This document shows positions 1 to 7,130 of a stretch of DNA of 20,968 nt, piece by piece. Where the stretch lies: assembly GCA_029856365.1 (NCBI GenBank), contig JAHQWW010000067.1:1-20968 (forward strand). Direction: 5' to 3'. Below the pieces are notes generated by a model. It was not told the origin of the DNA, did not search any database, and worked only from the letters and a program-made list of their open reading frames with translations. The DNA is from Candidatus Hodarchaeota archaeon. GTDB lineage: Archaea; Asgardarchaeota; Heimdallarchaeia; Hodarchaeales; Hodarchaeaceae. Both the position numbers and the translations under genes were made by a program. Numbering within the stretch: the stretch's first letter is position 1; every line of letters begins with the position of its first letter.

Positions 1-2549
1 AATGTGCGAGGAAAACGTTGAAAGATACAACTGTCTCGATTTAATGTTTGGATCTCTTTTTGGACTTGAGCAATTCTAAATAGTGTTTCAGCAACTAATT
101 CTTCTCTTTCTAGGAGTTCAAAGACATCAAGCGCTTCTTCATACTGATGGATTGCATTAAAGAATTTTCCTTGAAGGAATAAAGTATGACCTATCTCAAT
201 TTGTGTTTTTGCCTGCGTTTCAGTTTGTACCAAAGTTATGTAATCAGAAAAACCGAATTTTTGAATTTTCAGCGCGGTAGAATAATCTGGTGCTTTTAAG
301 AGAGCTATTAATCCTCTTTTTTGCTTTTCTTTCTGAAATCTAAGTGCTCCAATGACTAGTGGAAAGATACACAGAATTACTACCAATCCCATATGAAAAA
401 TGCTAAAACAGAAAAGGGGGATACTCCAAAAGTCACGGGGATCACTTCCTCCTCTATATTCATCAATATTGAGAACCCAATCTGCGTCTATGTCGTCTGA
501 GGCATCACTGGCGTCGCTTGCATTAAGACCCATTTGGATTTCCCAGAGATCGGGCATTCCATCCCCATCCTTATCATAAGAGGAATATATTTTGTTACAA
601 TATTGTAACTTTGGTGCCGAACTCATTGGATTTAATGAGCCACTTTCCTCAATGTTTTGTATCCAATCTCGGACAACTGTTATCCTGTGGTTTTGACTAA
701 GATAAACGTAAAAACAGTCTTTAGCTGCTAGTTCTTCGATGTCATAATACAGTTGTTGTCTAGTATCAATATTCTGTTCAATAACAGCTTTTTCGATCAA
801 GTTATTCAATTGAATATCGTTTATTTTTAATTGAGTAGAAAAAAATCCATATCTTCCATGTAAATATGGAGTAACGAAATTATCTGGGTCAGCATAGTCA
901 GCTACCCAGCCATTGTAGTACATTGGCATCTCCATAGTCATAAGTGCTTTATCATAATTAACTGGATCCATTGGTTGTAATAAAACTTCAATACCCACGT
1001 CACACAATACAATAGACTTAGCTAACAATTGAAATGCCAAGGCACTTACATCAGACTCTGCACTGTAACTAATTTTGATTGTTCCTTTCCAACCAACCGT
1101 TTTGAAGAGAGCTCTTGCAACCTCTAAGTTATACGTGGGAAGATTTCCATTTTCTATTAGAAGATCATGATGCCCAAACATATTTTTCGGGATAATCCCC
1201 TCCATTTGTTCCGAAATTCCAGTAACCCCTTGATTAATATAAGTAGTGTAATCAAATGCGGTTACAATGGCTTTTCGGAAGAGTAAAGCTGTAAATGGAT
1301 TATTAGGACTTGCAGTTTCATGATTTGAGGCATAACGAAAATGTTCGCTTGCATTATAAGTGGAGGCTACAGATTCTGAAAGAAACTCATTAGACAAAGA
1401 TTCTCTCATATTCATACAAAGAAAAGAATTTTGGAACATTGATGTTGTATAAGCATTCACACCCTCAAAAATTGATTCACCAGTTGATTTGATAACTTTG
1501 GAAGCATCTAAATGCCCTATAAATGCCATATCAGCATCCCCACTTTTAAGGTCTTGGATACGTCTTTCATCATCAGATACAGTCTTAATTTCAATCACAT
1601 CTACCGCATGGGAAGCAAAGGATCCCCACCAATTTGTATTTTTCTTCAAGAGTACAGTATCTTTGTTTAAAGATTTGAGTATGTATGGTCCAGAACCTAC
1701 AGCATTTTTTCCCATCCAAACGTGACCAGCTGGGCCTTGAGGATAAGATCCAGGTACAACACCAGAATTTTTAGGATCAATGTCCCTTTTGAGCCCTAAC
1801 TTTGTTAAATCTGTTAGATCTTCAAACCATTCATCGAGTGGAACCATACCAAAATCATGGTCTTTTACATTTGTATTATAAACGCTTGGTTCGTTTTCAA
1901 TAACAGCTCTTGGAGAAACTGCAGAAGCAACTGTATAAGCTAATGTATGGATAAAAGGGGAGTAAGCAAAATCGAGAATGATCGCGAGAGTGAATTCGTC
2001 TACTACAACAACACCACCGGCATCGAGGTAAGCTAGTGCTTCAGTGACATTAGGATTATCATAAGCCATATAAGCGGCGCCCCCCCTGATTACTTGGGCC
2101 AACATCCAAGATGGTCCATATGGATCAGCCATAAGGATTGCCCGATCAATAGAGTATTTCATAATATAAGCGTTGAAAACAACACCATCATGGAAGGTGA
2201 CGTTATTTTTCAGGTTAAAAAAGTATTTCAAACCGTCTGGAGAAATAATCCACGATGTGGCAAGTTTTCCTTCGATTTCTGCCACAGAGTTTCCCTTATA
2301 ACCGATTAAACCTTCATAAATAAACTCAATGATGGTATTACCATAAGATTCGTAATTAGTCGCAGGATCTATTGGATCTATATACCTTGGACAACCACAT
2401 GTTTCCCAGATAAATTTATTTTGGTTTTTTAATTCCCCAGAAGTAGTTTTTGGAGAGATCGGAGTTGTTACACTAGAAGATACAATAAAAATTGTTATTA
2501 TGCTTAAAATTAGTAGCATGCCTAAAGTTAGATTAAGTTTCTGTTTCAC
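1..2549 (-). CDS. Family-5 ABC-type solute-binding domain fused to Ca-binding-type repeats, a TM helix and a cytoplasmic TPR region (3' end runs off the window; >=849 aa)
   Basis: Translated by hand in segments from GTG at 2549 (alternative ATG 2519); both ends are in the same frame. N-terminal hydrophobic signal (LGMLLILSIITIFIV). SBP_bac_5 hallmarks: DPA..YE..IYEGLIGY, LATSWIISPDGLKYFFNLKNNVTFHDG, AVGSGPY, FRKAIVTAFD, DYADPDNF, RQQLYYDIEELAAKD. Then DKDGDGMPDLWEIQMGLN (575-522), DDIDADWVLNIDEYRGGSDP, TM FSIFHMGLVVILCIFPLVIGAL (~342-422), basic RFQKEKQKR and TPR-like IEIGHTLFLQGKFFNAIHQYEEALDVFE...VAETLFRIAQVQKE. Probably missing from the ORF track because no stop codon lies in the window. 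Confidence 0.92.
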   Translation of the reverse strand, partial: MKQKLNLTLGMLLILSIITIFIVSSSVTTPISPKTTSGELKNQNKFIWETCGCPRYIDPIDPATNYESYGNTIIEFIYEGLIGYKGNSVAEIEGKLATSWIISPDGLKYFFNLKNNVTFHDGVVFNAYIMKYSIDRAILMADPYGPSWMLAQVIRGGAAYMAYDNPNVTEALAYLDAGGVVVVDEFTLAIILDFAYSPFIHTLAYTVASAVSPRAVIENEPSVYNTNVKDHDFGMVPLDEWFEDLTDLTKLGLKRDIDPKNSGVVPGSYPQGPAGHVWMGKNAVGSGPYILKSLNKDTVLLKKNTNWWGSFASHAVDVIEIKTVSDDERRIQDLKSGDADMAFIGHLDASKVIKSTGESIFEGVNAYTTSMFQNSFLCMNMRESLSNEFLSESVASTYNASEHFRYASNHETASPNNPFTALLFRKAIVTAFDYTTYINQGVTGISEQMEGIIPKNMFGHHDLLIENGNLPTYNLEVARALFKTVGWKGTIKISYSAESDVSALAFQLLAKSIVLCDVGIEVLLQPMDPVNYDKALMTMEMPMYYNGWVADYADPDNFVTPYLHGRYGFFSTQLKINDIQLNNLIEKAVIEQNIDTRQQLYYDIEELAAKDCFYVYLSQNHRITVVRDWIQNIEESGSLNPMSSAPKLQYCNKIYSSYDKDGDGMPDLWEIQMGLNASDASDASDDIDADWVLNIDEYRGGSDPRDFWSIPLFCFSIFHMGLVVILCIFPLVIGALRFQKEKQKRGLIALLKAPDYSTALKIQKFGFSDYITLVQTETQAKTQIEIGHTLFLQGKFFNAIHQYEEALDVFELLEREELVAETLFRIAQVQKEIQTLNRDSCIFQRFPRT

Positions 2550-3021
2550 AATTCTTATTTCCAGAAAGTTAGTTAGTAATTAGTGTCATCATCAACTTAT
2601 CATCAACTCGAAAATTTTAAAACTTTACTTTAGAGGCATATTAATAATTTGTGAAATTATGTTTATAGAATTCTGTTTTTATCTATTATAGATTTTTACC
2701 ACCGATCATTTGCCAAATAGATTAGGAAAAACTGTTTAAAATCGAAATAAGAATAGAATCATTAGAGAAACTGATAGCTAAAGTTTTGGTTGCATCGATC
2801 GAAAGACGTTCGTTTACTTCAATTATCTCCAATTGGTTTTTCTACCTAAAAATTACTTGCTAGAAGATGATGTAAGATAAGATATTACCAGAGCTAAAAA
2901 CTTTAAGTGTATAGACAAATTATATAGGTTTCTTTTATTCATTTCACATGTTCAATGCTAGGCCCTTATAATATTCTGTTGATAATTAACAATTTGTAGA
3001 ATGTACTTTTATTCTTAAGCC

Positions 3022-4350
3022 ATGGGGTATCTGATGAAAGACAGTATTATAATAAAGATGATTATCATTTTAGTAATAATTGATTTTTCTTTTACATCCC
3101 TGGTGCTTAATGTCACAGTTACAGAACAGGATATAATATATCAAAAAACATTTGGGGGAATAAAACGTGATGGAGCTTTCTCTTTAATTCAAACATCTGA
3201 TGGAGGGTTTGCCTTAGCTGGATTTACACGGTCTTATGGTGCTGGAAATAAAGATGTTTGGTTGGTAAAGACTGATACAAATGGGTTGGTGTTGTGGAAT
3301 AAAACTTATGGAAGCTCACAAAATGAGGAGGCTCGTTCTGTAATCCAAACCGAAGATAATGGTTATTTGTTAGCTTGTTCCACTAATTCATATGATATTG
3401 GTAATGAGGACGTTTGGTTGGTTAAAACTGATGCCAATGGGCTGGTATTGTGGAATAAGACTTATGGGGGACCACGACTTGATTTCGTCCGATCCTTAAT
3501 TCACACTACAGATGGGGGGTTTGCACTAGCAGGATTTACTATTGATTGGATAGACTTTGTTGCGCTAGGGAATGGAGGAGGTGACATGTGGATAGTTAAA
3601 CTCGATGCTAGTGGCAACATTCAATGGAACCAGACCTATAAAGGTGAAAAAGATGAACGAATTTACACAATTATTCAAACTTTAGACGGGGGATTTGCAC
3701 TAGCAGGAAGAACTACTGTCTCTAGTGACTTCAATTCGGAAATATGGTTAGTCAAAACTGATTTCATGGGTCAAATACAATGGAATCAGACTTATCAAGG
3801 CACAATGGATGAAACTGCATATTCACTTATCCAAACCACTGACGAGGGCTTTATATTAGCGGGTATTAGTCAAATACAATTTTCACTTGAATCAGATATA
3901 TTGATCGTCAAAACGGATGTATATGGAAGCGTAATATGGAGTGAAACTTATGGAGGATCAGCTGATGAGTGTACTCATGATATTATCCAAACTGTTGATG
4001 GTGGTTTTGCTTTTGCAGGCTACACAAATTCATATAATACTGGTCATCCCGATTTACTACTCATAAAGATGGATGTAAAGGGAGGAGTTGAATGGGAGCA
4101 AATCTATGGCGAAAAAGAACCAGAGCTTGCTTATTCCCTTCTCCAGACTGCTGATGGTGGTTTTGCAATAGCTGGAATATCTGAAGCTTCTGACATGGGT
4201 GAAGGTGACATGTGGCTTGTGAAAACAAATCCCATATCAGGTGTTGAAAAGCTAGTTGTTTCAGTTCTAAAGCTTAATTACTGGGGAATAATCTTTCTTA
4301 TTATTATTCTCCTTGCCCTGATAATTGTCATTAGGAAACAGAAATTATAG
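3022..4350 (+). CDS. Secreted, C-terminally membrane-anchored beta-propeller repeat protein (7 repeats of ~52 aa)
   Basis: Seven repeats of W-N-x-T-Y-G...S-L-I-Q-T-x-D-G-G-F-A-L-A-G...D-x-W-L-V-K-T-D-x-x-G; N-terminal hydrophobic signal; C-terminal TM (WGIIFLIIILLALIIVI) followed by RKQK. The start may be Met5 (3034). Confidence 0.88.
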   Translation: MGYLMKDSIIIKMIIILVIIDFSFTSLVLNVTVTEQDIIYQKTFGGIKRDGAFSLIQTSDGGFALAGFTRSYGAGNKDVWLVKTDTNGLVLWNKTYGSSQNEEARSVIQTEDNGYLLACSTNSYDIGNEDVWLVKTDANGLVLWNKTYGGPRLDFVRSLIHTTDGGFALAGFTIDWIDFVALGNGGGDMWIVKLDASGNIQWNQTYKGEKDERIYTIIQTLDGGFALAGRTTVSSDFNSEIWLVKTDFMGQIQWNQTYQGTMDETAYSLIQTTDEGFILAGISQIQFSLESDILIVKTDVYGSVIWSETYGGSADECTHDIIQTVDGGFAFAGYTNSYNTGHPDLLLIKMDVKGGVEWEQIYGEKEPELAYSLLQTADGGFAIAGISEASDMGEGDMWLVKTNPISGVEKLVVSVLKLNYWGIIFLIIILLALIIVIRKQKL

Positions 4351-4634
4351 GTTTAAGGAATGAGGGACTTAATGATAATCTAAATATATATGTTGAAAAC
4401 AAAGAGCGAATTTAAGATCTTTTTCAAATACTTCTACACTAATATACGGATAAATTCTCTAGCCCGGTTTATAAATAACATTTTTTTCCAAAAAAAGAGG
4501 ATAGAAATCAATAAGACGAAAGATTTTGCGATCTGAAGACGAGAAACAGAATTTTTTGTAATTATTTGCTTTGATAACGATGGCTCATTCGTGAAGATGA
4601 AAGTATTTTTATTTCCACTTAGAATTGTGTCCCT

Positions 4635-5495
4635 ATGGCTTTTCCTCAAGCTGTGGTGACCTTTGCTATTATTAAAATCGCGATGTTTTTTTCAACAATA
4701 GTTTTTATCGTGATTGTACACCACGAGAAGGTAAAGGAGCTCTATTTAAAACAAGATCCTTTTCAGTTTTCCCCTAACAAATTGTTGTATGGTCGCTTCC
4801 TTATCTTTTTTGAGATTTTACTTGTCTCACAATTCCTGCTTTTCTTAGAAAGTGTATTGATTGTTTGGGTTCACTTTACAGGAATGAGTTGGTTAGTTCC
4901 TGTTGGGAGCAATTATTATTTCGCAATAAGTATTCCATCGATAAATGGAGAATGGATTACTATTAGTGGGTCGGTTTTTGTGTTAGATGTAGGATCTAGA
5001 GTTGCGACAAGTTTTCTTTATTTCTATTATGATAAATTTTACTGCCAATTTCAAATGAAGGGAATTCCTGCACTCATAAACCTAGGAATAGTTATTGTTC
5101 AGAATTTGTATATATATTATCTGAATCCCTTTTTTTCCAGCATTTTAGGCATAATAAGCTTTATTGTTATGGGGCTGGTTTGCATAGATTTATTCCTCGC
5201 GCAAAAGTCTGTGTCTCACGTGAGAATCATCTTTTTGAGTTTCGTTGGTGCATTTATCTTTGATATAATTACGTCCTCGATTACCTCTATTATTCTAGAC
5301 ATTATTTTTCCCACAGGAAGAACAATAGATCTTTGGGAATGGATAGCTGTCCTTTCCTCATTTGACCTAGTGAGATATGTATTGAATTATTCGATAATTA
5401 CTGCAGGAATATTGATGTTCTTGAAAAAATCGGATCTTGCAGATCGGCCGATTCTAGCGAGGAACGGGAAACTCACCTCCGATCAAATCAGATAG
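4635..5495 (+). CDS. Hypothetical polytopic membrane protein (~7 TM helices)
   Basis: 286-aa ORF with about seven hydrophobic segments read by eye, and a short basic C-terminal tail; no recognisable catalytic motif. Confidence 0.8.
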   Translation: MAFPQAVVTFAIIKIAMFFSTIVFIVIVHHEKVKELYLKQDPFQFSPNKLLYGRFLIFFEILLVSQFLLFLESVLIVWVHFTGMSWLVPVGSNYYFAISIPSINGEWITISGSVFVLDVGSRVATSFLYFYYDKFYCQFQMKGIPALINLGIVIVQNLYIYYLNPFFSSILGIISFIVMGLVCIDLFLAQKSVSHVRIIFLSFVGAFIFDIITSSITSIILDIIFPTGRTIDLWEWIAVLSSFDLVRYVLNYSIITAGILMFLKKSDLADRPILARNGKLTSDQIR

Positions 5496-5735
5496 TTGGT
5501 GTATCCGTAAGAAGAGTCTTGACACTGTTTGTATTATCAATCAAGAACTTGGGATTTGTGCTTAAACTTGTTAAATAGCATTACTACTAATTAATTGAAA
5601 AAATAGCCATTCTTTACTCTCATCAAATGCACCTAGCTTAATATTTTAGATTTTATTCGGAGATTTGTGTCCCCAAGTTTGTTTAGAAGAAAATAAGAAA
5701 AGATTTAATCAACTACTAAAAGGAAAAAATGCTCT

Positions 5736-6047
5736 TTATTTTATCGGTTTTAGAAGTGTGAATTTTCCATCAATGACTCGTAAAACATAAGTTCGTTTAC
5801 TCAATCCCCATAAAATCTTGTGGCCTTCACGTGCCATATGGGCATGCCGAGAATCTTTGTGTGGATTCTGTTCAATGAACCAGATATCTGAATAGGTCAG
5901 ATTTCGTAAGCCTGATTTTGTTTGGCGAATAGGATAGAGTTGTCCCTTCAATTCCACCTCATCCCGATTGGAGAAAATGGCATCAAAGATGATTAATGAT
6001 GTTTCTTTCAGAGCTTCAGTGTCCACAGTATTCATCTCTTCTTTCAA
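5736..6047 (-). CDS. Small hypothetical protein (start may be ATG at 6035)
   Basis: 103-aa ORF with globular alpha/beta composition and a conserved-looking motif FIEQNPHKDSRHAHMAREGHKILWG. Confidence 0.75.
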   Translation of the reverse strand: MKEEMNTVDTEALKETSLIIFDAIFSNRDEVELKGQLYPIRQTKSGLRNLTYSDIWFIEQNPHKDSRHAHMAREGHKILWGLSKRTYVLRVIDGKFTLLKPIK

Positions 6048-6091
6048 GTCTATGTATTTCTAGAGCTTATTAACATATTCACATTATACTG

Positions 6092-6600
6092 TTAAAAATT
6101 AAAACTAAAACCCAATGCTTCATTATAGAGCATATATGACTCAAGGTAAATTGAATCTAGTATTGTTAATTCTCCCACAGTAGCAATTTTGTATTTAAGT
6201 TTACATATCCTCCCTTCTACTAACGTAACTTAGTCTCCTTTTTGGATGTAACATTCACTTCTAAGTTTAACAAGGATTCGCTCCCCAACACTTAATTTCG
6301 CTGGTTTTGATCTTTTAAATGTTACAAACACATCAGTTTTCAATTCCAAGATGAATTTAAGGTTAAAACGTGGAAAAGACGAATCACACACTCCATAACC
6401 TTATTATGGATAGGGGTCTTAGAAAAAATCTACTAAATATTCTTTTTTTTCTCCGAATCTTGATAATTGCTATCAATGAGAAAATCAAAACCAATAACTA
6501 GCTTTCTTGAGTTGTTTCAACGAGTTTTCCTTGAGTGGTTGTCTGATTCCTATATCAACTTTTACTCCGCAATTAGGACTGAATTTTTCGGTATTTGAAA
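6092..6600 (-). pseudogene. Probable decayed gene (degenerate zinc-ribbon 5' part; beta-rich, possibly OB-like 3' part with an in-frame stop)
   Basis: Minus frame 6400-6092 reads GYGVCDSSFPRFNLKFILELKTDVFVTFKRSKPAKLSVGERILVKLRSECYIQKGD*VTLVEGRICKLKYKIATVGELTILDSIYLESYMLYNEALGFSFNF*, with a single TAA at 6230-6232. The same frame at 6586-6566 reads KFSPNCG (degenerate KFCPNCG). Several stops lie between the two parts. Confidence 0.5.
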
Positions 6601-6636
6601 ATCCTTCTTTACTATAAATTTTTACATTTCTCTAGG

Positions 6637-7104
6637 TTAATTTTTTCCCAACTTAATCCAGTATGCAATGGATAGACTAATTGTTATTAAACCAGCAAAT
6701 AATAAACCAATAGCACTAAGTTGCATTACCCATGGTGGCTCCTGCCATGCTTCGAACCTTCCTGCTACAGGAGAACTTGATTTCAACATGATCAGGATAT
6801 ACTCATCAGGATCTATTGATAACTTATAATAAGTTCCATTATAGACATTTTCTCCATCGATATTGATCTGTATCGTGTTGTTTGCTTTAATTGTCAAATG
6901 GAGTTTCGAATCAGAGAACCAAGGAAATGTATCAGTATAGTTATTATAGCTTGTCAGTAAAAAAGGCTCACCTCCGCCGTACCCAGGTACAAGCTTTGGA
7001 AAAATTACATATGTAAAGCCAAGGGAGAGAACTCCAGTTAAGAGTAAAAATAAAGAGAGATTAAACGCTACTAGAGTGATTCTATTCGGCCTTACCAATT
7101 TCAT
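6637..7104 (-). CDS. Hypothetical membrane protein (N- and C-terminal TM helices flanking a small beta-rich extracellular domain)
   Basis: Hydrophobic N-terminal (aa ~10-35) and C-terminal (aa ~127-150) segments; beta-strand-like middle with N-x-T sequons (NYT, NNT, NGT); only 26 bp downstream of the 571-aa gene, so probably co-transcribed. Confidence 0.8.
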   Translation of the reverse strand: MKLVRPNRITLVAFNLSLFLLLTGVLSLGFTYVIFPKLVPGYGGGEPFLLTSYNNYTDTFPWFSDSKLHLTIKANNTIQINIDGENVYNGTYYKLSIDPDEYILIMLKSSSPVAGRFEAWQEPPWVMQLSAIGLLFAGLITISLSIAYWIKLGKN

Positions 7105-7130
7105 TTACTTTGCCTCAATATTTCAAGTTT

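Noticed and set aside
1489-2309. Track ORFs 1489..1725 and 2094..2309 (+)
   Set aside because: Antisense shadows of the long minus-strand SBP-fusion gene.
4434-4649. 71-aa minus-strand ORF
   Set aside because: Overlaps the start of the 7-TM gene head-to-head and has no motif; probably spurious.
5330-5430. 7-TM protein as a microbial rhodopsin or heliorhodopsin
   Set aside because: The last helix (SSFDLVRYVLNY) lacks the DxxxK/SxxxK retinal-binding lysine.
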